In this document: positions 31,378 through 40,668 of the stretch, in pieces
Layout of the letters: each line of letters begins with the position of its first letter
Position numbering within the stretch: position 1 is the stretch's first letter
DNA from: Chloroflexota bacterium
Lineage (GTDB): Bacteria; Chloroflexota; UBA11872; VXOZ01
Assembly: GCA_963662335.2 (NCBI GenBank)
Contig: CAXXVD010000005.1
Coordinates: 128,001-192,000 of the forward strand
Length of the DNA: 64,000 nucleotides
Direction of reading: 5' to 3'
The notes under the pieces: generated by a model
What the model saw: the letters and a program-made list of their open reading frames with translations, nothing else
Told to the model about the DNA's origin: nothing
Databases searched by the model: none
Made by a program: the position numbers and the translations under genes

Positions 31378-31890
31378 GTGAACGAAATGATTAGAGGAAT
31401 CGACCGGTTCTTGGCCGCGATTCTGGCGGCCGTTTTCTTGATCGTCATTGCCGCCGTCGTGCTCGTGTGGCGCTCGCCGTCCGGCATCGCCCTGGAGTAC
31501 AGCGCCGGCGCCGAACCCAAAGACGTGGTGCACAACTACATCGTTTCGGTCACGAAAGGCGACGTGGAACGCGCCAAGTCGTACCTATCGCCGGACGTGC
31601 TGGCGGACATAGAAGAGCGGAACGACGAAGGGTATTTCTACTCGCCGTTGGCAGCGCGCTCCCGCTCCGCAAGAGACGGCATGCGCGTGGTAATCGAAGA
31701 AGAGGGCGTGGAGGACGGGTTGGCTACCGTCAACGTGCACATCACGTGGATTAACGCAGGCCCATCGGCATTCGGGCTGTTCAGCATATTCGAAGCCAAT
31801 CAGTATACCCATGAGCACCAGGTACGCCTGCGGCAATTCGACGGCGCGTGGCGTATCGTCCGACCCTTCGACCACTACCTGCTTGGCTAA
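31378..31890 (+). CDS. Membrane-anchored hypothetical protein, NTF2/SnoaL-like fold suspected
   Basis: N-terminal TM; P.DVV.NY.....GD.ERA.SYLS; C-terminal LRQFDGAWRIV. Confidence 0.65.
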   Translation: MNEMIRGIDRFLAAILAAVFLIVIAAVVLVWRSPSGIALEYSAGAEPKDVVHNYIVSVTKGDVERAKSYLSPDVLADIEERNDEGYFYSPLAARSRSARDGMRVVIEEEGVEDGLATVNVHITWINAGPSAFGLFSIFEANQYTHEHQVRLRQFDGAWRIVRPFDHYLLG

Positions 31891-31947
31891 CAGGTGGCCG
31901 CGGCGGCGGTGACATTCAGAAGCTCTATCTGAAGCGAGGTCCAGCCG

Positions 31948-33654
31948 ATGCTCAACTTACGGCGGCTCTACATGTTCGCCGGCGCCTTCATCGGCCTGTT
32001 GCTCTTCATGGCGGGCAGCGCCGAATTGCTGCGGCTGGTCATCCTGGCGCTGGCGCCGGAATCCACGCTTGGCGTGAGCGACGACTGGTGGCTGGAGCGC
32101 CTGAGCTTGAACCTGGCCCTGGTCGCGGTCGGCGCGCCGCTCTGGATTGGACATTGGATTTGGGCACAACGGCTGGCGCGCGCCGCCGCCGAGCGGGGAG
32201 AGCGAGAGGAAGCGGGCAGCGCCCTCCGCGCCCTCTACTTTCTCGGCGTGCTCGTCGTTACGCTGGTGCAAGCCGCCGGCGCGGCCGGTGAGATTCTCTT
32301 TGTGCCGCTGGCCAGTCTCGCCGGCGCTTCTTTCCGCGCGCTCGCGCCGCTCGATAACCTCGCTGAGCTTCTCGTCTATGGTGTCTTCTGGCTGTACCAC
32401 ATCCGCCAGCGGCCCGCGCCGGTGGCCCAGTCGGGGGCGGCGGCAACCATTTCCCGCTGGTACTGGTACGCCGCCTCCTTCGGCTGCTTGGGGGTAGTGG
32501 TAAGCGCGGTCATTCCCGCCCTCTCCGCGATGCTCGAACGGCTGATAGGGGTGGATTCGGTAGACGCCGGCTGGTGGCAACTGCCGCTCGCCGACAACGC
32601 CGCGTGGCTTATCGTGGGCGGCATCGGCTGGACGTATCACTGGGCCGTCATCCAACGCCAGGTCGCGGACGCTGAAAGCCCGGAACTCCGCTCCATCTTG
32701 CGCAAGGTCTATCTCTACGCCCTGGTGGGCGCCAGCGCGGCGGGCGCGCTGCTGGCAGCCGGGCGCATTCTCTATTTGCTCCTGCTCGAGGCCATGGGCG
32801 CGGTAGACGAGCGGCTGGGTTTCATCGATGAACTCACGTGGGTCTTGCCGGCGACGCTCGTGGCCGCCACCGGCTGGTTCTACCACCGGCATCACCTGCA
32901 GCGGGACGCCGCCATGGTAACCGAACTGCCGCGCCAGGCCGCCATCCGCCGCGGCTACTCGTATATCCTCGCCGCAATCGGCATCGCCCTGCTGGCGGCC
33001 GGCGTCTTTGGCATATTGCGCCTGATTATTGGCATCTTGACCGGCCAGGCCGGAGCGCTCGACCTGCCCGAGCACTTCCTGCAGGAACAACTCAGCCTCT
33101 ACGTGACCTTGCTGCTGGTGGGCCTGGGCGCGTGGGTATGGTACTGGCGGCAGATACAGGGCCTCGTCGAGACGGACGTCAGCGGCGCAGAGCGCGGCTC
33201 GCTGGTGCGCCGCATCTATCTCTACCTGGCAGCTTCGGCCAGCGTGCTGGCGCTGGTGGTCGCGGCGGGCACGTTGCTCTACCAGGGGCTGCGTTCGATC
33301 CTCGGCATCAGCGCGGGCGACGAATTAGTCAATGCCTTGAACGTCAATCTCAGCGCCGGGCTCGTTGCCGCCGCGGCGCTCCCGTACCACGTGCGCTTCC
33401 TGCGCCGGGAACACCGGCCCCGCTCTCGGAATGTGAGCGACGACGCGACGCAACAAGCGGCGGCAGATGAAGCAGCGGGAGCGGCGGCCGGCAGCGTGGT
33501 GGTCACGATATCGGGCATAGACGCCCAGAGCGCGCGGAATCTCTTCGCTCAGTCCGCGCTGCCGGAGGGCGCAACCCTAACCCTGACCGAGAGCGCGCTT
33601 TCGCCGGACGAAATACAGTCGCGGCTGAAGAGCGCGCAGCGAGAAGATGGCTAG
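31948..33654 (+). CDS. Multi-repeat membrane protein, DUF5671-like
   Basis: About six repeats starting R-R/K-x-Y-x-Y/F (RRLYMF, RALYFL, RWYWY, RKVYLY, RRGYSY, RRIYLY), each followed by a TM hairpin ending in W..HW/YH-like motifs. Confidence 0.75.
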   Translation: MLNLRRLYMFAGAFIGLLLFMAGSAELLRLVILALAPESTLGVSDDWWLERLSLNLALVAVGAPLWIGHWIWAQRLARAAAERGEREEAGSALRALYFLGVLVVTLVQAAGAAGEILFVPLASLAGASFRALAPLDNLAELLVYGVFWLYHIRQRPAPVAQSGAAATISRWYWYAASFGCLGVVVSAVIPALSAMLERLIGVDSVDAGWWQLPLADNAAWLIVGGIGWTYHWAVIQRQVADAESPELRSILRKVYLYALVGASAAGALLAAGRILYLLLLEAMGAVDERLGFIDELTWVLPATLVAATGWFYHRHHLQRDAAMVTELPRQAAIRRGYSYILAAIGIALLAAGVFGILRLIIGILTGQAGALDLPEHFLQEQLSLYVTLLLVGLGAWVWYWRQIQGLVETDVSGAERGSLVRRIYLYLAASASVLALVVAAGTLLYQGLRSILGISAGDELVNALNVNLSAGLVAAAALPYHVRFLRREHRPRSRNVSDDATQQAAADEAAGAAAGSVVVTISGIDAQSARNLFAQSALPEGATLTLTESALSPDEIQSRLKSAQREDG

Positions 33655-34712
33655 ACGTGCGCGGGCGCCCGCGCGTGCGTGAGCGCCGCCACCGCATCCT
33701 GGGCCGCTCCAATTGCCGTCTCTACGTCTTCCGCCGTGATTTGATGGTAGGTGACCAGGCGAATGCGGTCTTCCGAGACCGCGCTGCACTTCACGCCGCG
33801 TTCCGCCAGCCCGTCCACCACGTGCTGCGCCGCGCCCACCGATGGGTCAACGTCGATGTAGACCATGTTGGTCTCAACCGGGTCAGCCGCGATGCCGTCG
33901 ATTGCGCCAAGCCCTTCTCCCAGCCGCCGCGCGTTGGCGTGGTCTTGGGGCAGTTTCTGCGGGATCGTCTCCAGGGCCACGATGCCGGCCGCCGCCAGCA
34001 CGCCCGACTGCCGCAGGCCGCCGCCCAGCATCCGCCGGAAACGCCGCGCCATCTCGATGTACTCCCGGTCGCCGCAGATGATCGAGCCTACCGGCGCGCT
34101 CAGGGCTTTGGAAAGGCAGAAGGTCACGGAATCTACGTATTGCACGACTTCAGACACCGGCACGTTGAGCGCGGCGGCGGCATTGAAGACGCGCGCGCCG
34201 TCCATGTGCACGTTTATGTCTAGTTCGTCCGCCAGGTCCCGGATGCCCGCCAGCGTGGACAGCGGAAAGACGGCCCCGCCGCCGCGATTGTTGGTGTTTT
34301 CCAGACAGATGAGGCGCGTCGGCGAAAAGGCGTCGTAGGGCCGCCGCAGCACGCTGCGGATGTCGTCGGCGGTGAGAATGCCGCGCTCAGAGGGCGCGAT
34401 GCGCGGCGAGGCGCCCGCTACGCACGCGAAGTCGCCGGCCTCGGTGGTGACGATGTGCGCCTCGTCCGCCACGATGAACTCGTCGCCGTTGCGGCAGTGG
34501 GTGAGCAGACAGACGAGATTGCCCTGCGTCCCGCTCGTTACGAGCAGCGCCGCCTCCTTGCCCGTGACCTCCGCCGCCATCGCTTCCAGGCGATTGACGG
34601 ACGGGTCTTCTCGATAGCAGTCGTCGCCGACTTCCGCCGTGGCCATGGCTTCCCGCATTTCGGCGGTCGGCATGCTTACGGTATCGCTGCGCAGGTCGAT
34701 TGTCCGGGACAT
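33651..34712 (-). CDS. ltaE: Low-specificity L-threonine aldolase
   Basis: IDLRSDTV, VGDD.Y.EDP, SGTQGN, LENT.N..GG, HMDGAR.FNA, FCLSKALSAPVGS. Confidence 0.9.
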   Translation of the reverse strand: MSRTIDLRSDTVSMPTAEMREAMATAEVGDDCYREDPSVNRLEAMAAEVTGKEAALLVTSGTQGNLVCLLTHCRNGDEFIVADEAHIVTTEAGDFACVAGASPRIAPSERGILTADDIRSVLRRPYDAFSPTRLICLENTNNRGGGAVFPLSTLAGIRDLADELDINVHMDGARVFNAAAALNVPVSEVVQYVDSVTFCLSKALSAPVGSIICGDREYIEMARRFRRMLGGGLRQSGVLAAAGIVALETIPQKLPQDHANARRLGEGLGAIDGIAADPVETNMVYIDVDPSVGAAQHVVDGLAERGVKCSAVSEDRIRLVTYHQITAEDVETAIGAAQDAVAALTHARAPAHV

Positions 34713-34890
34713 TGTCAAACTCCCTCGCTCCAGAGTTGCTGAATTGCCATTGTGATGCTCTTGCCGGCTCGTACTCGCCACTGCCCGCACGGAAATTCGG
34801 GGCCTGCCGCGCCGGACCGGAAGACCGGCTGAACAGATAAGCGTGCTCTACCCTCTAGTATAGATTCATCCCTTGGCCGGCGCACCTGCG

Positions 34891-35074
34891 CGGTAGGGGC
34901 ACGACACATCGTGCCTCTACCGGCATTGGTACGACCGCCACCCGGTAGCGCGGGGGCTTGTCCCCCGCCTCTTGGCCCGCATCGAAGGCAACACCTTTGC
35001 ACACGCGCAAGACCGCTCCGGCCCACACGTCTCCCCCGGCCGCGGTAGGGGCACGATATATCGTGCCCCTACCG
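34891..35074. repeat. Mosaic of GTAG-tagged REPs (E-D-E arrangement)
   Basis: CGGTAGGGGCACGACACATCGTGCCTCTACCG (34891-34922), GTAGCGCGGGGGCTTGTCCCCCGCCTCTTGGC (34945-34976) and a perfect 32-bp palindrome CGGTAGGGGCACGATATATCGTGCCCCTACCG (35043-35074). Confidence 0.8.
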
Positions 35075-35101
35075 GCGCGGGAGACGGACACCGTAGGGGA
35101 A

Positions 35102-36115
35102 TCAACCCGCGCCTTCTTCGAAGAATCGCGCCAATTCATCGCGCGGAAACGACGGCAATTCGTGCCACGCGCCGTCCACCTGCATGCGCACACCCTGCGC
35201 GGGTTCCGTCAGCCGGCCGATAGCGGCGGCGGGAATGCCCGCGCCCCGCAGCGCCGCCAGCGCCGCGACCACGTCTGCCGGCGCAACCGCCGCAAGCAAC
35301 GCCCCCGACGCCAGCAGGCCCAGCGGGTCAAGCCCCAGCGCCTCGCAAACTACCGCTGTTTCCGGAAGAATTGGAACTACGTCCAGGTCGACGGACAGTC
35401 CGCATGCCGCTCCCGCCGCCAGTTCCGCCAGGGCCGCCGCCAGACCGCCTTCCGTGGGATCGTGCATGGCGCGCGGACGCACGGCGCGGCACAAGGCCTC
35501 CGCGGCGGGCACGACGCTAATGCCGGGGTCGTCCAGATAGGCTTGCGCGCGGGCAATGGCAGCGGTCGGCACGCCCTGGGCGGCGAGTTCATTGCTGGCG
35601 TCCTGCGCGAGGATGGCGACGCCCTCGAGCGCGATGCCCTGTGTCAGCAAAATCACGTCCCCGGGCCGGGCGTTCGCGTTCACCACCAGCCGGTCTTTCG
35701 CGACCTCACCCAGGAGCGTGCCGGCCAGGATCGGCCGTTCCACGCCGTCGGTCACCTCGGTGTGCCCGCCAACCAGCGTGACGCCGAGCGCGCGGCAGGC
35801 TTCCTTGAGGTCAGTGAATATCTCTGCGACGGTTTCCGGCGTGCAGTTCGGCGGCAGGAGCAACGTGCCGAGAAACCAGCGCGGCCGCGCGCCCATGGTT
35901 GCCACGTCGTTGACGTTGATTTGCAGCGCGTACCAGCCGATGCGGTGCGCCGTAAACGTAATCGGGTCGCTATTCGCAATCAGATAGCGCTCGCCAATGT
36001 CCAGCACGGCGGCGTCTTCACCAAAGCGCGGCCCGACGATGACGTCCGGGTCGTCAATGGGAATGCCCGCGAGCAATTCCCGCAAGAGGTCCGGCGGCAG
36101 CTTGCCCTGGAGCAT
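35102..36115 (-). CDS. AIR-synthase/PurM-like family protein (HypE/ThiL-related, function unknown)
   Basis: GKLP, VGP..GEDAAV, SDPITF, NVNDVATMGA.P, GGHTEVT, MHDPTEGGL, DPLGLLASGALL. Confidence 0.85.
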   Translation of the reverse strand: MLQGKLPPDLLRELLAGIPIDDPDVIVGPRFGEDAAVLDIGERYLIANSDPITFTAHRIGWYALQINVNDVATMGARPRWFLGTLLLPPNCTPETVAEIFTDLKEACRALGVTLVGGHTEVTDGVERPILAGTLLGEVAKDRLVVNANARPGDVILLTQGIALEGVAILAQDASNELAAQGVPTAAIARAQAYLDDPGISVVPAAEALCRAVRPRAMHDPTEGGLAAALAELAAGAACGLSVDLDVVPILPETAVVCEALGLDPLGLLASGALLAAVAPADVVAALAALRGAGIPAAAIGRLTEPAQGVRMQVDGAWHELPSFPRDELARFFEEGAG

Positions 36116-36119
36116 TGGC

Positions 36120-37595
36120 TCAGCCCTTGATTACGCCAATGGGCCGCACCCGCGCCACCACGCGGGCAATGCCGGACTGCTCGACCACGTTCACCACCTC
36201 GCGCACGTCCTTGTAGGCGTCGCTCGCCTCCTCGGCCAAGCCGGCCTTGCTCTGGGCGCGCACGACAATGCCCTTGTCCCGCAATGCGCGCGTCAGGTCT
36301 ACGCCGGCCAGTTTCTTCTTGGCCGCGCCCCGGCTCAGCAGCCGGCCCGCGCCGTGGCACGTGGAGGCGAACGTCTCCCGCCGCGCGCGTTCCTGGCCCA
36401 CCAGCACGTACGAATAGCGGCCCATGTCGCCGGGAATCAGCACCGGCTGGCCCACCGCGCGGTACTTGGCGGGCACGTCGGGGTCTCCCGCGGGCAGAGC
36501 GCGCGTTGCGCCCTTGCGGTGGACGCAGAGCGTTTGCTCCGCGCCGTTCACGCGATGCCGTTCCAGCTTGGCGATATTGTGGGCCACGTCGTAGACCACG
36601 CCGACCTCGACGCCGGTTCCCGAGCGGCCCAGCACGTGCCCCAACGCCCGCCGGGTGCGCTCGGTAATGGCCTGGCGGTTGGCAAAGGCGAAATTCGCGG
36701 CGGCGGCCATTGCGCCGAGATACGACTGGCCCTCCGGCGACCGTATAGGCGCGCAGGCCAACTGCTTATCGGGAAGGGTGATGCGGTACTCCTGCATGGC
36801 GCGTTGCATAACGCCGAGATACTCCTGGCAGACCTGGTGCCCCAGCCCGCGCGAGCCCGTGTGGATGGACACCATCACCTGGCCAAGTTCCGTGATGCCA
36901 AACGCGCGGGCGGCCTGTTCGTCCGCAATCGTCTCCACCACCTGCATTTCCAGGAAGTGGTTGCCGGAGCCCAGCGAACCAAGCTGCGGCGCGCCGCGTT
37001 GGCGTGCCCGGTCGCTGACCATAGACGTGTCCGCCCCGGGCAAATTCCCGCCGGCTTCGATCGCGTCCAGGTCTTCACGGCTGCCGTGCCCGTTCGCCAC
37101 CGCCCACGCCGCGCCCCCGGCGAGCGCGCCCTCTACGTCTATAGATGGGCCGCGCTTCTTCTTGCGGCCGCGTCCAAGTCCGGTGGGCACGTCGCGAAAG
37201 AGTTGGTTTACAATCTCCGGCAGCCGATCGCTCACATCCCTTTCGCGCAGGTTCGTCCGCAGCAGCCGCACGCCGCAGTTTATGTCAAATCCCACGCCCC
37301 CCGGCGAGACCACGCCGTCCTCGAGCCGCATCGCCGCCACGCCGCCAATGGGAAAGCCGTAGCCCCAGTGAATGTCCGGCATAGCGAGCGCGTGTCCCAC
37401 GATGCCCGGCAGCGTCGCCATGTTTGCCACCTGCTGCATCGCCATGTCGCCGGCCATCGCGTCGATCATGGCCTCGTCGGCGAAGATCAGCCCCGGTACC
37501 CTCATACCGTCCATGTATTCGGCCGGCAGTTCCCAGCGGACCGCGTCCTGCCGGCGCAGCACGCTGCGCCAGTTTTGCGGCGCTTTCTCTTTCAT
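36120..37595 (-). CDS. rtcB: RNA ligase RtcB (archaeal/eukaryal-type)
   Basis: MPDIHWGYGFPIGGV, GFDINCG, GSGNHF, HTGSRG, HNIAK, HRKGAT, CHGAGR, YKDV. Confidence 0.96.
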   Translation of the reverse strand: MKEKAPQNWRSVLRRQDAVRWELPAEYMDGMRVPGLIFADEAMIDAMAGDMAMQQVANMATLPGIVGHALAMPDIHWGYGFPIGGVAAMRLEDGVVSPGGVGFDINCGVRLLRTNLRERDVSDRLPEIVNQLFRDVPTGLGRGRKKKRGPSIDVEGALAGGAAWAVANGHGSREDLDAIEAGGNLPGADTSMVSDRARQRGAPQLGSLGSGNHFLEMQVVETIADEQAARAFGITELGQVMVSIHTGSRGLGHQVCQEYLGVMQRAMQEYRITLPDKQLACAPIRSPEGQSYLGAMAAAANFAFANRQAITERTRRALGHVLGRSGTGVEVGVVYDVAHNIAKLERHRVNGAEQTLCVHRKGATRALPAGDPDVPAKYRAVGQPVLIPGDMGRYSYVLVGQERARRETFASTCHGAGRLLSRGAAKKKLAGVDLTRALRDKGIVVRAQSKAGLAEEASDAYKDVREVVNVVEQSGIARVVARVRPIGVIKG

Positions 37596-37609
37596 GCTCT
37601 CTCACCTAG

Positions 37610-38044
37610 TTAGATGTCGAAGAGTACCTGTACCGTCGTGCGGGCGGGCGTTACCGCGACATCGAGTTGATGGTACGTCACCGCCTTGATCTCCACGCCC
37701 TCGGCCGCATCTTCATCTTCAAGAATAACCCCATGGACGGTGGCGGAGCATTGCGGCGGGACGCACGCGGCGATGTCGCACGCTTGCGCCGCCAGACCTT
37801 CCACGCTGAACCGGAAGAGCAACTCTGCCAGCCAGTTGACCAGAAGGTCGGGCCACGTATCGCCATAGACAGTAACGGAGCGCGCGACTCTCGGCCCGGT
37901 CACGTCAGCCGGGTCTCTGCCAAGCGTAATGGCGTACATGCCTTGAGCGGCGGCGGCAAAGGCAGCGGCCGGCGTCGGCCCCCAGGCGCGCACGCCGACG
38001 TCGGCCGTATGCTCCACGATTGCGTACCCGGCGTCATTCGCCAT
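37610..38044 (-). CDS. Archease
   Basis: EHTADVG..AWG, EIKAVTYHQL, terminal VLFDI; adjacent to rtcB. Confidence 0.93.
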   Translation of the reverse strand: MANDAGYAIVEHTADVGVRAWGPTPAAAFAAAAQGMYAITLGRDPADVTGPRVARSVTVYGDTWPDLLVNWLAELLFRFSVEGLAAQACDIAACVPPQCSATVHGVILEDEDAAEGVEIKAVTYHQLDVAVTPARTTVQVLFDI

Positions 38045-40538
38045 GCCCGTGGCCGTGGCTGTGCAAGCGCCCTTCCAGGTGCGCTTTTGCGTGCTGGAAC
38101 ACCTGGCGCACGCCGGCGTGGCGCTCCTCGTCCGCGCGCGTCGCCAGCGTATCGAGCCACGTCAGGCCGCCGTCCAGGATGGTCATCATGTACGTGGCGT
38201 CGCTGGGATTGAAGAGTTCCTGGTTGCCGGCTACCACGTAGACCGGCGAGGTGTGCGCCGCCACGTTCACCACCCACGTGTGCTGCACCTCCAGCGAACT
38301 CACGCAGCGCGCCGCGATCCAGCCGCTGCCGCTGAGCTTCACGTCCCGGCTAACGCGGCAACTCTTCCCGCCGTCGGACACGGTTTCCGTGGCCACCACC
38401 GCTCCGTTGCAAACGATCTGCAGTTCCTGGAACGGCAGCACCGATTCCGCCCAGGCCTCGACCGTCAGCGTGCCGCCGCCGGCCGGCAGTTTCAGTTCGT
38501 CGCCGGGTTGCTTGCCTTCCACGCGCACGTCGATCAACGGGCCGCTGGTGGTGAACGTGCGCCCGCTGCGTACGGCCTGCGCCCACGTGCCAAAGGAGAA
38601 GTCATCCTGCAGGAGCGCGTACGTGCGCACGCCGCCCACGGGAATGGCGGCGCTCATCTTGTCCGTGCCGCCCACCGCCGCGACCCGATAGCCGTTGTTG
38701 AGGAAGCGGTACCACTCGTGTATGCCAAAGTTATCGATCGTAGGCGTAAAGTACTTGAGTTCGACCGCGTCCACTTTGCCCAGCACGATCTCCGCTACCG
38801 CCTCCGTGTACGGATTGGGAAAGTGCGGGATGACCACCAGGCCGTCGCGCTCCCGCGCCCGGTCCGCCCACTCGCTCATGCTGCTCAGCACTGGATCGCC
38901 CAGGTAGCTTTCGCCCGGCCCGGCGGTCGTCATGGGATAGACCGGTTCGCCTTTCACCCCCAGCAGGCTGATGTGGCCTAAAAGGTGCTGGCGGTTTTCC
39001 GTGCCCACGTAGACCACGGTATCGTCCCGGCTCACGCCGGAGACCTCGCCGGTGATGTCGGCCACGTTCGTATAGAGATCCCCCCACTGGGAAGCGAGGA
39101 GATTGATGAGGTTGACGCCCTCGGCCTGGCCCTCCAGCCACGCGGTCTGGGGCGAGATGAAGTGCACGTGGGTGTCGGCGGTGACCCAGCCCTGCGCGCG
39201 CCAGTTCAGCGGTCGCGCCAACTTGAGAGTGAGTTCCCGCTGCCCCGGCGCGATGGTGAGGCGTGTGCGCAGCGGCTGGTACTCGAAGCCCTTGAAGATC
39301 TCGACGAAGACCTCGCCCACCGGCAGTTCGATTTGAAACGTGCCGTCCACGTAGGCGTACTGGGTCTCGCCCAGCTTGAGGTCGCCCGCGTAGTCCTCGA
39401 ACCAGTTGGCGTTTACCTCGTGGCGGTGGCCGTACGGCGGAAAATAGCGGCCGTCGGGCGCGCGGAAATGGACGCGGGCCGCGGTCGGCGTGCCGCTCGC
39501 GGCGTCTTCCAGGCGCATGTGCACCCACGTACGTTCCGGCGTCAGCACCTCCACCCGCACTTTGCCGTCGCCGCTTGTGCTCGCGCCGCTGTCGTAGAGC
39601 GACTCCATGGGCACCGCGCGTCCGGCCACGTCTAAGGTTGCGTCGGGGCTGGCGGTCACGTCAACGACCAGCGACCGCTCTGCCTCGCCGTCCGGCGCTT
39701 CACCCAGGCCGGGCGCTTCATCCGCCAGCCAGGTTTCCGGGTCGAAGGCCGGCACCGCGTACTTGCGCGCCAAAGTCCCCAGGTCAACCGTCACCGGCGT
39801 CTCTTCCGGCGAGCCGTCTTTCAGTTCCGGCGGCAGCGCGATGCGAAAGCTCTCCAGCCGATTGTGGCGCAGGGGATGGTGCGGGCCGGTGTAGAGCGTA
39901 ATGCCCGCAACCACGACGTTGGCTGTGCTCGTGGCTGCCAGATGCAACGAATCCACCACCTGCTCGGGGTGCGCGTTGGGCAGCGCGTAGATCCAGAAAT
40001 TCGACGCCGCACCAGCCCGCCGCATCTGGAGGCCCGTCTGCCAGTATCCCCACGCGCCGCGCGGATACGGCCCGTTGATGTCCGCCGGCGCCATGCCGCT
40101 CTGCGGCCGGGCGGCAAAGGCCATCTGTCCCCAGGCAACGGTCGAGTTAATCTCAAACCGCCGCCGGACGGGATGCACCTGCTGCTCGCCGCCGGCGTAG
40201 CGCAGCGTGTAGGCGGCAAGCTGCTCGCCAGGGCTCAGCACCATGCCGCTCATACCGGGCTGCGCTGACACCCCAGGCTCAGCGTCACAGAAGTGTGCAA
40301 AGACAAAATAGGTAATGCCGCTGCGCCCAACCGGCACGTCAACGCCGGCCTCGGTCAAGCGAATCCAGCTTTGGGGCGCGTCCGAGCCGCCAAGCGCGAA
40401 GGGGATTCCCCAGAACGCTTGCTCTCCCTCCGGCAGTTTCGCCAGTTCCGCCGCCACGGGCGCATCCCAGGAGGCCAGGTCGTCGTGACGCCCAGCGTTC
40501 CGCGCGCCCGTCAAGTCGAGCGGCGTCGAGTAATTCAT
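38034..40538 (-). CDS. Large CehA/McbA-family PHP-type metallohydrolase
   Basis: TADTHVHF, GHISLLG, PHFPNP, WYRFLNNG..VAAVGGTD, GRTFTTSGP, AHTSPVYV; N-terminal beta-sandwich-like region (WGIPF); C-terminal HSHGHGHGE. Confidence 0.78.
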   Translation of the reverse strand: MNYSTPLDLTGARNAGRHDDLASWDAPVAAELAKLPEGEQAFWGIPFALGGSDAPQSWIRLTEAGVDVPVGRSGITYFVFAHFCDAEPGVSAQPGMSGMVLSPGEQLAAYTLRYAGGEQQVHPVRRRFEINSTVAWGQMAFAARPQSGMAPADINGPYPRGAWGYWQTGLQMRRAGAASNFWIYALPNAHPEQVVDSLHLAATSTANVVVAGITLYTGPHHPLRHNRLESFRIALPPELKDGSPEETPVTVDLGTLARKYAVPAFDPETWLADEAPGLGEAPDGEAERSLVVDVTASPDATLDVAGRAVPMESLYDSGASTSGDGKVRVEVLTPERTWVHMRLEDAASGTPTAARVHFRAPDGRYFPPYGHRHEVNANWFEDYAGDLKLGETQYAYVDGTFQIELPVGEVFVEIFKGFEYQPLRTRLTIAPGQRELTLKLARPLNWRAQGWVTADTHVHFISPQTAWLEGQAEGVNLINLLASQWGDLYTNVADITGEVSGVSRDDTVVYVGTENRQHLLGHISLLGVKGEPVYPMTTAGPGESYLGDPVLSSMSEWADRARERDGLVVIPHFPNPYTEAVAEIVLGKVDAVELKYFTPTIDNFGIHEWYRFLNNGYRVAAVGGTDKMSAAIPVGGVRTYALLQDDFSFGTWAQAVRSGRTFTTSGPLIDVRVEGKQPGDELKLPAGGGTLTVEAWAESVLPFQELQIVCNGAVVATETVSDGGKSCRVSRDVKLSGSGWIAARCVSSLEVQHTWVVNVAAHTSPVYVVAGNQELFNPSDATYMMTILDGGLTWLDTLATRADEERHAGVRQVFQHAKAHLEGRLHSHGHGHGE

Positions 40539-40668
40539 TGGAGGTCCTCCTGGATGCGCTGCGGATAGTCACACGAAGCGGCGCCGTGCCGCCGGGCGTT
40601 GCCGTGGTTGCACGATACCACGATTTCTCTGGGGCAACAACGGGGTTGCAAGAGGGAGGATTGCGCGC

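Noticed and set aside
34713-34890. Glycine or other riboswitch upstream of threonine aldolase
   Set aside because: No recognisable aptamer consensus by eye; the structured sequence further upstream is explained by REP palindromes. An Rfam scan would settle it.
35102-36115. HypE, implying a hydrogenase maturation cluster
   Set aside because: It lacks the C-terminal PRIC motif of HypE, and no other hyp or hydrogenase genes are present.
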